DNA from: Bugula neritina
Taxonomy: Eukaryota; Animalia; Bryozoa
Length of the DNA: 64,000 nucleotides
Direction: 5' to 3'
Assembly (NCBI GenBank): GCA_964035545.1
Contig: OZ037769.1
Coordinates: forward strand, 8,785,929 to 8,849,928
Below the pieces are notes generated by a model. It did not search any database. It was given only the letters and a program-made list of their open reading frames with translations, and was not told the origin of the DNA. Positions 1 to 15,200 of this stretch are shown piece after piece (within the stretch, counting starts at the first letter, position 1; every line of letters begins with the position of its first letter). A program made the translations under genes and the position numbers.

Positions 1-2419
1 CCAAAAGTAGTCAACAAAAATAACATGAAGACATTGAATACTAAACTCAATGCCATGTTGCGAATCTACTGCTTTGTGCTTTGCCAAGCAGTTAAAGCCT
101 GTATGAAACAGCAGTGTGGTGGAAATATGTATTTATATGTAGGTAAATAAAAAGGAGTATTATATGAAATACAACAGACATGAGTCATCACAAATGTGTA
201 TGATGCTCCCGTTTGATGTTTGGTTATCACTCTATATAGTTAAAGCCAATCAACATAATGGGCATTAGAAATTGTCATACTAAGCAACTTTGGTCAAATG
301 TTCAATATGCATGATTGTTATTAAAACTGGTTAGCAGATAGTATTATAGTTTAGATTATAATATATGTATATACTACTCCAAAATTAAATATTAGCTGAT
401 ACTCTAATCCACAAAAATTCACATCTACTTCCTAGCTCTATCTATTTAACAATACTTAAAAATTAAATTTCAACTTTAAGGAATGATTACATGTCTCAAA
501 TTATGCAGCAGAAAGAAAGAAGGTAAAGTCAGTTAGTGAAGTCTAGGTTGTATTAAATAATTGTAGCATGACAATTTCCTTGCCTCTAATTCCAACATTT
601 TCACCTCAAATATCATGCAAGCCGATACATAGAAGCTATTGAATTTTTTTACCAGTCACATAAGCCAACTCTCGACACATTCCGTCTCCTAATTCACCAA
701 TTTGACAAACTGCTATCCTGACACATTTGAATATAACTTCTACAACACTTAGCAATTATGGTACTCTGGCTATATTACTTAACTTTCTAACTCTTCCTGC
801 ATACTACAATAAAGTTTTGTAATGTATTGCAGTATTATATATGATGTTCTATCATAGTATTTTAAGATGTATTATAGTATAATATTGCAAATTTATATTG
901 CTATACTGGACATTGTAATGAAATGTGATGAATTATAACAAATTGATAATCTTCTAGGCTTATATAATGTATATAAAACAGCACCATGATCATAATATTA
1001 TAAAGTATAACAGATGGGTCTATAAGTTTATAGTATACAAAATTGGCAGCATCAACCTAAATATTTTCAACAATTTGCAATATAGTAATGGTGACTGGAG
1101 AGAAATATCTCAATATTTCAAATAACCATCTTGAATAGAATATTAGAATAACTTTTGGAGATTATTAGCTTTTAATCATGTAGGTGTTTTACATTAAGCC
1201 TGGGTGAATATGAAGATGTATCACAGGAGACCAGACCATAATTGAATATTTATGTATATGCTAAAATAAAATATAATATAACAATCGATAATATTAGTAT
1301 AATGATAGACAATTACAGTATATTCTATACCTGCATCCATGAGATAAAATATGATGTAACATTATATACAGCTATATAGCCTGCTGCAAGAAATAATTTA
1401 GTAAAAGCCAAGAATTTACATTACTTAGTTTTTAAGTTTCACAGAAGCAGCTGAGCATGAATAGATTGTTATTGGCTGAGCAAAGGAGTTGGAAAATTCG
1501 AGCTGTCTGGTGAATGTCGGCTTCTTAAAGAGCAGAGTTTATTCGCGCCTCTTTGACGGCATGACTACAGTAGTTTTCAGTTTTCACTTATAAACAAATT
1601 TATTTTAATAAGTTTTAGTTGCATTCTATTATAACTAAAAATAATATTTAATGCTTGTAGCTGGCAATATAACTATAGTTTATGTATTAAGTTTGATGAA
1701 AACAAAATGGAGACTAGCTTGAGCATCTTTTCGCAATTTTTGAGCAAATTATATACAACACTCAAGAAGTTAGTAAGCTAATAATATATTGATTCATTAA
1801 CTAAACTCTTTTCATGCCTATAGTACCGCAGTTCCCGACAGCAGAAATGTTTTACTGTCTAGTCAATAAACACCAATTAAAAATGTCAGCCAGAATTGAG
1901 AGGAGGCAATTCCCATTATTCAGTATTTATTCCTAATATAATTATATATTTTAGTGACTCTCTCAAATTAAAACTGTTGTGTGTCAAGTTACTTGAAGTT
2001 GTTTAAACAATTAAAGTACAGAAATGTTACCAAGGCTCATGTTATTTTAATATATTCTCGTTTCCATAAATTTTGCAATCATATATATTAAGTTTAAGTT
2101 ACTGATTATAGCTCCCTATACCAGGAGCAGTTTAAACTTTATCATTATTTAAAAAATGTTAAACTATTTTTAACACTGCAGAGATTTAATCATTGTTCAT
2201 ATCATCTAAAACAGACATAAATTGACACACTTGGGTTTGTGGTATATACTATAACAGAATTGCAGCACCTTTTCAACTCTCCACTATACTGTACAGCCAG
2301 TCAAACCTTTGAAAGCAGACTACAAAGTAGTATAAATGTACAAACAGTTCACTCTACACTACACAGGGTACCTCTATAACAACGTAGAGGTGCAGATAGT
2401 CTTGCTTGCTGCTGTAATA

Positions 2420-3058
2420 CCTACTACTGCTACTGCATACTGCATACTGCTACTGATACTGATACTGCTACTGATACTGATACTGCTACTGCTACTGCTA
2501 CTGCTACTGCTACTGCTACTGCTACTGCTACTGCTACTGCTACTGCTACTGCTACTGCTACTGCTACTGCTACTGCTACTGCTACTGCTACTGCTACTGC
2601 TACTGCTACTGCTACTGCTACTGCTACTGCTACTGCTACTGCTACTGCTACTGCTACTGATACTGCTACTGATACTGCTACTGATACTGCTACTGCATAC
2701 TGCTACTGCTACTGCTACTGATACTGATACTGCTACTGCATACTGCTACTGATACTGCTACTGATACTGCTACTGATACTGCTACTGCATACTGCTACTG
2801 ATACTGCATACTGCTACTGCTACTGCTACTGCTACTGATACTGCTACTGATACTGCTACTGCATACTGCTACTGATACTGCTACTGCTACTGATACTGCT
2901 ACTGATACTGCTACTGATACTGCTACTGATACTGCTACTGCTACTGCTACTGATACTGATACTGCTACTGCATACTGCTACTGATACTGATACTGCTACT
3001 GCATACTGCATACTGCATACTGCTACTGATACTGCTACTGCTACTGCTACTGCTACTG
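2420..3058. repeat. Hexamer microsatellite (CTACTG/ATACTG)n
   Basis: Seen directly; explains the poly-Leu and poly-Ser ORFs. Confidence 0.97.
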
Positions 3059-5424
3059 CCACTTCTTTCTGTTATAACTAAAAATCAAACAGTTTAGCTA
3101 ATATTATCATAATTAAATATGAAACTTTAAAAGCAGTATATTTGTATAGATTTTCACAATTTTTCGCTATTTTCCTTATTATGAAAGTTTATCTGAAACC
3201 AAGCTCTGAAAACAATATTTAAAATACATGCTTATAGTTAAATTGTTGTTAAAGTTATTATTATGTAGTGATGATTGCCCCTCCAGCATAGGCCTGGGCA
3301 GTCACAGTAATGCTGCTCAGGAAAAAGGAGTCTTGCTCTCCAGGTCATAAATGATTGATGAACGTCTGATAGTAATTTAATTAAGGTGATTCCATTCATG
3401 TCCAAGTGTTTGAAAAACTGCAGTAAGCGAAATTACTCAATTTTTAGAGACCAAGTACATCTGCTTTATTTACATTTTGCGATTTTGTAGTAATGTTTTC
3501 AATACAATCAGATGAAATGTTCAAATCAAACCTGTTATTTACAAACTATATGTTGCTTTCATATTATTGTAAAAAAGTTAAAAAATATTTTTTAAAAGTT
3601 GCTTTCATTATATGCGTTGACAACTCCAATTTGAAATTTCCACACACCTCTGATCTCATATATTATAATACAGGCTGTTGTGTTTGGCTAGGCCATAGAA
3701 ACAGTCTTTCATAGAATGTTAATTCATTAGTTAGCCTACTGTTGTATTTACTCATTTTAGTTTCCAGTTGCTAGTTTTCTAGAAATTGACAACTAAAAAC
3801 GAAAATAAATGATCGTATATGGTAATGAAAGTTTCCAGTACAGGTGTACCGGGATTACATATACAAGGATATATGCAACTATGTGGGCATGCTCCACAGC
3901 TACAAATAGTTACGAATGTTGGCTGGCAAGTTTACCAGCTACCATTTTGTAATTCAAATTCTAGTTGATATCATGGAATTAACATCTAGAGTAATTTATA
4001 TAATATACCCAGCATGTTCAATAGTTCTGACACGGTATAAGGCTCTTAGTCCGTGTGATGTCAGCAACATTAGTGTACACATAGAATTCTCTTGCAATTT
4101 ATGAATAGGTTTGACAGTTCCATTATATGCTAATCTGGATTGGAAAATGCATGAAATTTTACCAGCACATTGCAAGATATAGTAGGCATCCCGGGTATAC
4201 TCTGTAAAAGTACCAAATTATGTTATAGGTTGTTTTTTTCAAAATCTTAGGAAAAAGTCCTTTTATATTTGATTCCTTTTATTAACTCTGAGAAGAAATG
4301 TGCTAAGTGAGTCATAACTATTATCACGCAGCCTGTTATTACAGTCTACTTGCCATTATAAAACCGTTTTGGAGAACAAAATAAAGTTTTAATATAATTG
4401 TTCTAATCATAAGTTAATCATCATTTCAACAGCTCCCTCCATATCTCACTAAGCTATGGGTCCTGAAACCTCAATTAAAGACATAGTAGAATAACAGGTT
4501 TAACTCACGGATTTGTTCAATTTGGCCATTTTGTTTCTATACATTCCTCCGAAAGCTACAAAACATGGGTCCAAGCCCTTCTCGTGACATGGAACATGTG
4601 AGAAAGGTATCCATAAGATATGGAGAGAGAGTACTTATAATATCCAACTGCTAATCCTTCAATGGCAGCATATAATTCGAATGTTTGTGTGGCAACTACT
4701 TCGCTACTTGTAGTTGCTTATAAGCTAACACAGCTGCCAACTAACAACTGCAAATTAGTGAAAATATTATTTTCTAAATTTTTACCAAAAACTATTTTAA
4801 CTACCTGCCTAAAAATACTAGATTTATTTAGTTACTAACTTTTATTCTGCAGGCACAGCTAATGACATTTCATAAAGGTGGCTAAAACTGAATGTTTGCC
4901 TTGTATTGTGCTGCTAAGTTTAGTAAGCTTACTCTTACTTAGCAGTAGATGTCTTCCTCCAGGTGTTGAAACGGTGCAACAGATCAAAGCCTATAGGCTA
5001 TAACTCCACCCCAACATTCTACAGTGTGCAGCTGTATGTGTCAATAATTCACTTGCAGTTAAAGGTGATAAGCTGCTATCTGACATATAAGAACCTAAAG
5101 CAAACCTTCTATCATATGACTTCAGAAAAAACAACTTTTTTTTAGAATATTTAGTAAAAAATTGATTTCGTTATTATAAAAGCATGCTGTCTTTTATTAG
5201 ATATCATGATTCATATTTTGCATCTAGTTTTATTTATGCATTAATTTATTTGCATTGAAGATGGCACAAGGCTCTGTCAAACGTCAGTAAATTCATTAAT
5301 TGTTGTACCAGGGCAATGTGAACTATTTGCTCTCATCTAGACATAATTAAACCATTTGGACACACACATGACTTATCACACACAGTGCTTCCATACTACC
5401 ACGTCAGCACTTCAATATACCATC

Positions 5425-5915
5425 AATATATCCCTCACAGCACTACAATATATCCCCCACAGCACTACAATCTATCCCCCACAGCACTATAATATATCCC
5501 CCACAGCACTACAATCTATCCCCCACAGCACTATAATATATCACCCACAGTACCACAATATATCACCCACAGTACTACAGTATATCACCCCCACAGTACT
5601 ACAATATATCCCCCACAGCACCACAGTATATCCCCCACAGCACTACAATATATCTCCCACAGTACTACAATATATCCCCCACAGCACCACAATATATCTC
5701 CCACAGTACTACAATATATCCCCCACAGTACTACAATATATCCCCCACAGTACTACAATATATCCCCCACAGCACTACAATATATCTCCCACAGTACTAC
5801 AATATATCCCCCACAGTACTACAATATATTTCCCACAGCACTACAATATATCACCCACAGTACTACAATATATATCACCCACAGCACCATAATATATCAC
5901 CCTCAGCACTACAAT
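5425..5915. repeat. 22-bp minisatellite (CCCACAG[CT]ACTACAATATATC[CTA])
   Basis: Period 22 nt (e.g. CACAG at 5768 and 5790). Confidence 0.95.
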
Positions 5916-7386
5916 ATTATATTGCTACTGCACCACAATATAGGCTACCATCCAAAGCATGTCATAATTCACTGTCTCCACTGCAAATCTATATCGCTGC
6001 AAAACCAACCATCTATTGGTTTTATCATAGAAAGACACGGTGAATCCTTTTGGAGTCATGACTTCAAAGTGACCCTTCAATGCGTAGAAAGACAGTAACA
6101 AATAAGATAGTTAATAATAAATATGTCATGGCTATCATATACGTAGATGTTATAAGCATATAGAAACTGTGCTCTTAGAGATATAATTCAAAACTCCTTC
6201 CTTTCAATAGCTGCTAGAAATGTCTTTGATATCTAATACTCTACAATCATATGAGGAACTAGTCAGTTAGTCTAGAAGTAACCTCCAATTATCTTTCACT
6301 CATTACACTTCGAGGGGTGGCCACGCAATTTTTTTAGAAATAGAAAGTTTGAAGGGTCCTAATTAATCTGTGAAAACTCTAGACTGTTCTATGCACCAAA
6401 GGCCACAAAAGCGCTTCAAACTTTTAAAATTGATCAGGAGTTGTTTTCTCTTAACATTTTTGTGAATCAGCTAAATATCTTGGAATTATTCAAGCTAATT
6501 TATTTTATATAAGCAAAATAAATTTGCTAATAATTATAGATACTTTTTTCGCTTTTTTTTATAAAAACTCTAAGTTTTTCTGTTCACCCGGTTAGTCACA
6601 AAAACTCTTTTAAATGTTACAGGAGTTGTTTCCCCACAACTTTGTCCAAATCTATTAAATATTTACTTGAAATTATTGAAGCTAGTTTATTATATATACA
6701 AGCAAAAACTTTTGCAGATAATCATAGATGTGTTTTTCACTTCTCTGAGTTTATTTCTAGTGATTTTCTTGTGAAAAAAATCTGAAAAAAGTGGATTATT
6801 TGGACGGAAACAAGCAAAGGAATGGGTTTATTAGTTATAAGGCAAACATTATTATTGATCGGCTATAAAAAAGGCGAATTATAAGTAAAGCTGTGTCTGA
6901 TAATGATTTTCTTCACCATTTTTATTATATATTAACTACTTTTACAAAAAAGTAATGAGAAGCATGAGCTGGTTGATCTGGACTCCAGAAGATAATATTT
7001 TAAATGTGTACAATTGAGCTTTGCTAATAAATTTAGGCTGAACTATATATACAATATACATAAGCAATCTGGTTTTTAAAACAATGCTATTGGTTAAAAT
7101 GCATATTTTTATACTATCTTGATATAATGACTATAGAGCCAATTTATTTCAGAAGAAATACCCTAAAGCTTTCCTATAATGTTTAATATATATGGTTATA
7201 TTTAGACCACCCATTATAGAAAAATGATCTTGGGCTGCCTCATTCAAAGATCATAGGCATGTACTTTTTTCATGTGTGCCATTTGTTACAAAAATAATAA
7301 TTTCTTATCAGCAAATAAAATAAGCTGAGTTTGAGACTGGTGCATTTTTGTGTGAAACATGAAGTAAAAATATTTTAGAGAACAAT

Positions 7387-8640
7387 ATGGTTATTATAGT
7401 TGATGCATACCAAAAAAAATTGCGTTCGCTACAATTTTTCAAACATGGTGGAATTCCTAAGAAAGCAGAACTCAAATGCTTACAATTAGATCATGAGGAA
7501 GCAGATACACAAACTTTGTTACATGCAAAATATCTTATGAACATCATAAGCCCACGTGTAATAATCAAATCTCAAGACACTGATGTCTCGCTATTTGCAA
7601 AACATTACCTTCTTACCAATTTTTTTTTCACTGGTGTGGTAATCATGGTGTCATGCCAGATAGAGGCTAGACTAAATTTCCTACTTAGACGCTAGTTATT
7701 TATTTTGGTAAAATGTATTTTCATGTGCAACTTATTTTAATATTATTGAAATATATGTATATTTAAATAAACTTGGATCAATTGCTTGTTATTTAGCACA
7801 TAAATAAATTCTTTTGATTTGCATTAACTTATTAATTTTGTATATTATTTTATACATCTTGTCTGTTGTTTGAAAATATATTTTGCTAATAAGTATCCAT
7901 TAAAGATAGTGTCTATTATTAATGTATTACTATATTAGTATTAGTATTAGTATTAGTATATGTATTAGCTACATATAGCTATTAGCATATTAGCAATCAA
8001 TTCATCAGTTATATAGGTAATATTAATATATATGGTAACAAAATAAAAATAGCGTCTATCTGGGAGAAAACCATAATCATATTAGATATTTGGATGTCAA
8101 CATTGCAGCAAATAAATCTAAACCGCAGTTGTGTGCAGCACTTGGTAGAATTCATGCTTCAACAGGTTTTTATTCGACTATAGTGCTTTTTATGGAAAAG
8201 GATAGCGCACAGCCTACTCTTTTTTGAGAAAATATCCATAATGTATGGGAAACTTTGAACACCTTGGGAAGTATTTTAAGCTGTAAGCCATTACAGCGGC
8301 TGAAGTAGAACAATTTGTCTATAAGCTTTATGGAGCAGGAAATTCATATATATAGATAATGTCTGATACACTGTATTCCTCCAACAAAATATGAATTAAA
8401 TTTGCATGTAAAAAGAGCAAATTATCAGGCAGCCATTTGGAGAAGAGTGACAACAGCCTATATTGATGCACTACCCCCAGAACATTATGAAAAGATTCAA
8501 TTGCTTCCGTACCTGAACATGTATATTGCAAAGTTTAAACTGCTCCTGTAAGACCAGCTCCAACATATCAAGATTTGGATGTCAGAAGTCTCAAATGCAG
8601 TGCATGCACTGATGTTTGTCAATGTAAGGATTGTCTGAGA
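7387..8640 (+). pseudogene. Disrupted transposon protein remnant: XPG/PIN-like nuclease plus CXC-like Cys-rich tail
   Basis: HEEADTQTLLHA...IIKSQDTDV (7387-7695). Frameshifted CAALGRIHASTG../SAFYGKG (~8130-8200). EVEQFVYKLYG (~8302). PPT..ELNLHVKRANYQAAIWRR (~8380-8445). LKCSACTDVCQCKDC (~8590). Stops and frameshifts lie between the blocks. Confidence 0.75.
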
Positions 8641-9059
8641 AAAAGCTTTATATTGGGGAAAAAGCTGATGAGACTGATGGCGGTGACAATGGTGACGAGA
8701 ATACTTTTTCGTAATAAAGCACTATTTTTAAACATTTGTTATATATTTTGCTGCAACCAATTTGATTTTGATAATCTCTCATGCTTCTGTTCCTCTGAAT
8801 AATTTTACAAAATTTTGTTGATTTTTGCAGACGTTTAACGGCTACCCACAGACTATAGCAAATGGTTCACTTGGGCTGAGCTCAAAAGATTTCAATATTT
8901 ATTCATTTTAACATTTATTTTGTACTATAATTTTATAAATATAGTTTTTTCACACATCAGCATGACTTTGTTTTTATTTTTGTATAAATCGCTTGGTCAT
9001 ACATGATTATTCTGCATGCTTATGCCTCATGCAATATATGTCGATTCATAACAAACACA

Positions 9060-9773
9060 TATGTTTATATAAACAACTTGGTTTTAATTTGAGATAGCGT
9101 CTTGCAGTCTTTAAATTCAATATCAGCATAAAATTCTAAGTAAGAGGCAATTACTTTTGGTATTTCAGCAAATATTTTTTCTTCAAGATAGCTTGATAAA
9201 ATTGGATACTATTTTGCACAATCCACATTTCTTTTAATCACCCATCTAAAATGTCGATTTGTTTTTTGCAATAACTTGAGTTTGGGTAGAGATAGAATTC
9301 TAAAGTTTGTAGATTTAGAATCAGCACAAAATTCTGATCTAAAAACAACTTTTTTTGAGTGGCCATTTAGTAAAGTGTAATAAGCCAATTTTTTGAGCAC
9401 TTTTTGGGAGGTTACTTCTAGACTATATATGTTTATATAAACAACTTGGTTATAATTTGAGATAGCCTCTTGCAGTCTTTAAATCCAGTATCAGCATAGA
9501 ATTCTAAGTAAGAGGCAATTATTTTTGGTATTTCAACAAATATTTTTTCTTCAAGATAGCTTGTTAAATTGGATACTATTTTGCACAATTCACAAATGCC
9601 GATTTGTTTTTTGCAATATCTTGAGTTTGGGTAGAGATAGAATTCTAGAGTTTGTAGACTCAGAATCAGCACAAAATTCTGATCTAAAAACAACATATTT
9701 TTTTGAGTGGCCACCTAGTAAAGTGTAATAAGCCAATTTTTTGAGCACTTTTTGGGAGGTTACTTCTAGACTA
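9060..9773. repeat. Direct tandem duplication (~350-365 bp) of the transposon right end, each copy ending in a TIR
   Basis: 9060-9425 and 9426-9773 are near-identical and both end ...GGGAGGTTACTTCTAGACTA. Confidence 0.9.
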
Positions 9774-11049
9774 AGTAGTATGAGGAAATCATGGTACAAC
9801 ATACCAATTCTTACTCACAAACACATACTTGGCAAACAAACAGTTATAACAGCACAGAAATATTGTGAGCATCTAGGTTCCTTATAGTGCAGACTTCCTC
9901 TTACTGTAAGGTTTCATTATGCCACCATATCTTCTTACAAGTAACACAGGCATTCTCTTTATATAGTATCGTATACCGTAGCTTTTATTGTATTCAGGTG
10001 CAATTAACACCAGAAGTGAAAACATGTAGGATATATCATCATGTAGTTAGAATAAGTAATTTTTAAGGATATAAGCTACAAGTGCAAGATAGCAACTTTC
10101 AGTAAAATACTTTTTATAAATGCTGAAAATAATAATAAATTCAAATTTGTAAGACCTCCACACCTTGCAGCACCTAATCATTTTGTAGGTTTGAAACAAG
10201 ACCTGTTCACTGTGTTCAATGTGTAGTCTAGCTCGATATTTCATCCTCAAATTTATTAATGCTCAACATGCCAAAAGAATAGCTGCTTATCTTAAAACTA
10301 ATTTTTAATGCACTGAGTTAATTGAAAAGATTTTTTTAGATTTGCCTAGAGTTAGCCGTGCCCATTTAATTACAGTTATGTTGCATGTTCTACCCATTTA
10401 TTCTAATCAGGCACACGGGGGGGGGGGGGGGGGGGCTTAAAAATGTGCTAAATATTCCTATTGTATGCTCAGGACTCACGCAGTAGATTATTATGAGTAT
10501 AGTGATTTTGTTGCCAATGTTATGCATGTTTTGGTGTTTAGGAATTTAATGCTGCCTATTAACTAAGAGTGGTGAGCCAGCCATGAACTTGGAATGATCA
10601 AGTTTTATCTTAATCAGTTGTCTTTTTATTTTGCCTGTAAGGTAAATAGCAATATATAAAAGTCATTTACTTGTCAGTTTTGAGTCCATCACTTCTGCTA
10701 TGAAGTTTTGTTACCTCTACAATAAAAGACACAAAGGAAGTTTGGTCTTTATTAGTTTTGCATAAATTTACCTGTTTTACTCACATTTTAGCTGATTTGA
10801 TTCATAATATTAGCAGGGCAACCTTTTTTTATAGTGAAGTTAATAATCCAATGCCTGGCCACAATGTAACTCACCATCTTTTGAGAACAGAATAAACCCT
10901 CAACTACTCTCAGATCAACTAAATACTCTCTGTTGAGCCACAAAGTGTTGAGACACGGTTTCTTACTTTGTGAGTATTTTCAAATTATTTTGATTAGAAA
11001 TTCATTTCATTATCATATTAGCATGAATTTTTTATCTTGAGGTTTCATA

Positions 11050-11300
11050 GTCTAGTGCAGTAGAGTATAATATTATAGTGCAGTGTAGTATAATATAGTG
11101 CAGTATAATATAATGTAGTGTAGTATAATATAGTGTAGTGTAGTATAATATAGTGTAGTGTAGTATAATATAGTGTAGTGTAGTATAATATAGTGCAGTG
11201 TAGTATAATATAGTGCAGTATAATATAATGTAGTGTGGTATAGTGTACTGTGGTATAGTGCAGTGTGGTGTAGTGTAGTATAGCATAGTTATAGTACAGC
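11050..11300. repeat. Compound (TAGTG)n/TATAA satellite, ~20-bp period
   Basis: TAGTATAATATAGTGTAGTG repeats. Confidence 0.92.
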
Positions 11301-12210
11301 AAGGCATATTATTATATTATAAAATAGTACACTATAACGCGCAGCGAAGCACAGCCCAGAAGAAAACAGCACAGCATATTAGTATTGTATAGTGTGAGGT
11401 AAATATAGTATATAAGGTTATAAGATACATATAGTATAAGGTATGAAGTACAATATAAAATAGTGAACTAATAAATCACATTAGACCAATATTCTATTCA
11501 AGTTATTAGCACATAGCATGACTATTGAATATGACGGGATAGCTTTCTATAGACTCCAAGGAATGTTCTCAACTAACTGCAAATTACAAAAAAGTGGAAC
11601 TTTCCTTCGGAGTTGTACTCCCTAAAAATGTTTGGTGCTTTTTCTACATTATTCTAGACCGTTGTGAGCCCTTCAGTCTACTAGTTACATACGAAAGTGT
11701 GCTGACTAATGCCTTATGACTTGTACTCTTGGCTACCTGTAGGTTTGCCAGTTAGCTTAGAGATATGTGTGTAACTCTCATATGCTATCAACCGTTCCAC
11801 CATTTTACTCCTCTTTGTTTTCAATGATGCTATTGATAACTAGTTTCCTGCTACTGTCTGCTTTTAGTTTGTGTTGAGTCTGATATTTGGTTGGCACTAA
11901 AGGCATTCATTTAGTAAAATTTTGGTGTTGTCTTCTCACTAGTCGCTTGTGTCTCAACATTTAATAGTTTAAATCAATTATTAAAATGAACTGCTAGTTT
12001 TATTTATACATGTTTTAAATGCAATATATTGTTTCATCATAAAGTAATAATATCAAAAAATCATCATAGTATTATTATGGTCTCAAAGGCTAGAGTTTGG
12101 TGACTAGCTCATTACAATAAGAGCTATACATGTACAACATAGTATAATATGTGCACAGTATGTTTCACACTGCTTTAGAGAGAGAAAGCAACTCCTTTTC
12201 ATCTGCTGGA

Positions 12211-15200
12211 TCAATGCTTGTAGACACTAGCAATGTGTATGAAGTCTTTGAGAATTATCCCCTCTTTCTGCCAACTAGCCAGAGCTCTCTGAAGTTTCTT
12301 GTATACAGTCAGGAAGACAGGGACAGACTTACATGAGGAGTTTAAGTTGTTCAACATCTAGAACAGTGTTATAAAATAAAATGTTGACAAATTTTGTACA
12401 ATGATATGTATTTATGTGTAAACTGCTTTTCCTTTACCATTATTGGCCGATAAACTGACAAAAACAATATCAAAGTTTGATTTTTTGTGAAGAAAGTCAT
12501 TATAGCAAGAAATTTATCATTTTTAAGAAAAGGCTATTGGCTTCCACACCTAATTTCACATAGAAATTAAAAGATCTTTGGTAAAATGGCTATTTTTATG
12601 CGGATGTAACACCATTGACAGACTATATAATATTATATAGAGTATATATTATATACTCTATAAGTATATACATACTTTGACAGAATATATATACTCTATA
12701 TAATATACAGACCTTGATAGACTATATATATACTCTATATAATATACATACCTTGATAGACTATATATATACTCTATATAATATACAGACCTTGATAGAC
12801 TATATATACTCTATATAATATACATACCTTGATAGACTATATATACTCTATATAATATACAGACTTTGATAGACTATATATACTTTATATAATATATAGA
12901 GCATATAATATACACTCTATATAATATACAGACCTTGATAGACTATATATACTCTATATAATATACATACCTTGATAGACTATATATACTCTATATAATA
13001 TACAGACCTTGATAGACTATATATACTCTATATAATATACATACCTTGATAGACTATATATATACTCTATATAATATACATACCTTGATAGACTATATAT
13101 ACTCTATATAATATACATACCTTGATAGACTATATATACTCTATATAATATACATACCTTGATAGACTATATATATACTCTATATAATATACAGACCTTG
13201 ATAGACTATATATACTCTATATAATATACATACCTTGATAGACTATATATACTCTATATAATATACAGACTTTGATAGACTATATATACTTTATATAATA
13301 TGTAGAGCATATAATATACACTCTATATAATATACAGACCTTGAGAGACTATATATACTCTATATAATATACATACCTTGATAGACTATATATATACTCT
13401 ATATAATATACAGACTTTGATAGACTATATATACTCTATATAATATACAGACCTTGATAGACTATATACACTCTATATAATATACATACCTTGATAGACT
13501 ATATACACTCTATATAATATACAGACCTTGATAGACTATATATACTCTATATAATATACAGACCTTGATAGACTATATATACTCTATATAATATACAGAC
13601 CCTGATAGACTATATATACTCTATATAATATACAGACTTTGATAGACTATATATACTTTATATAATATATAGAGCATATAATATACACTCTATATAATAT
13701 ACAGACCTTGATAGACTATATATATACTCTATATAATATTCATACCTTGATAGACTATATATACTCTATATAATATACAGACCTTGATAGACTATATATA
13801 CTCTATATAATATACAGACCTTGATAGACTATATATATACTCTATATAATATACAGACCCTGATAGACTATATATACTCTATATAATATACAGACCTTGA
13901 TAGACTATATATATACTTTATATAATATACAGACCTTGATAGACTATATATACTCTATATAATATACAGACCTTGATAGACTATATATACTCTATATAAT
14001 ATACAGACCTTGATAGACTATATATATACTCTATATAATATACAGACCCCGATAGACTATATATACTCTTTATAATATACAGACCTTGATAGACTATATA
14101 TATACTCTATATAATATACATACCTTGATAGACTATATATACTTTATATAATATACAGACCTTGATAGACTATATATACTCTATATAATATACAGACCTT
14201 GATAGACTATATATACTCTATATAATATACATACCTTGATAGACTATATATACTCTATATAATATACATACCTTGATAGACTATATATACTCTATATAAT
14301 ATACAGACCTTGATAGACTATATATATACTCTATATAATATACAGACCTTGATAGACTATATATACTCTATATAATATACATACCTTGATAGACTATATA
14401 TACTCTATATAATATACAGACTTTGATAGACTATATATACTTTATATAATATATAGAGCATATAATATACACTCTATATAATATACAGACCTTGATAGAC
14501 TATATATACTCTATATAATATACATACCTTGATAGACTATATATATACTCTATATAATATACAGACTTTGATAGACTATATATACTCTATATAATATACA
14601 GACCTTGATAGACTATATACACTCTATATAATATACAGACCTTGATAGACTATATACACTCTATATAATATACAGACCTTGATAGACTATATATACACTC
14701 TATATAATATACATACCTTGATAGACTATATATACTCTATATAATATACAGACCTTGATAGACTATATATACTCTATATAATATACAGACCTTGATAGAC
14801 TATATATATACTCTATATAATATACAGACCCTGATAGACTATATATACTCTATATAATATACAGACTTTGATAGACTATATATACTTTATATAATATATA
14901 GAGCATATAATATATACTCTATATAATATACAGACCCCGATAGACTATATATACTCTTTATAATATACAGACCTTGATAGACTATATATATACTCTATAT
15001 AATATACAGACCTTGATAGACTATATATACTCTATATAATATACAGACCCTGATAGACTATATATACTCTATATAATATACAGACCTTGATAGACTATAT
15101 ATATACTTTATATAATATACAGACCTTGATAGACTATATATACTCTATATAATATACAGACCTTGATAGACTATATATACTCTATATAATATACAGACCT

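Larger units (their letters stand above)
6268..9773 (+). mobile_element. Decayed Academ (AcademX-like) DNA transposon, apparently internally deleted
   Basis: Perfect 19-bp TIR TAGTCTAGAAGTAACCTCC at 6268-6286 / 9755-9773, extended by imperfect TTACACTT..GGTGGCCAC similarity. 3-bp TSD AGT (6265-6267, 9774-9776). TAG...CTA termini. Internal XPG-like and Cys-rich coding remnants. Confidence 0.8.

Noticed and set aside
2336-3062. Poly-Leu and poly-Ser/Ala-Val ORFs
   Set aside because: Translations of a hexamer microsatellite.
3830-4700. Coding-looking, GC-richer stretch
   Set aside because: Stops in the frames examined and no recognisable motif; would need BLASTX.
5356-5892. 178-aa repetitive ORF
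   Set aside because: Read-through of a 22-bp minisatellite with a TTG start and no splice or homology support.
9209-9802. Paired similar ORFs on the - strand
   Set aside because: By-product of the duplicated non-coding transposon end.
10417-10435. Poly-G run (potential G-quadruplex)
   Set aside because: Isolated homopolymer with no supporting context; its length is unreliable.
11032-11307. Tyr/Thr/Ile ORFs
   Set aside because: Simple-repeat translations.
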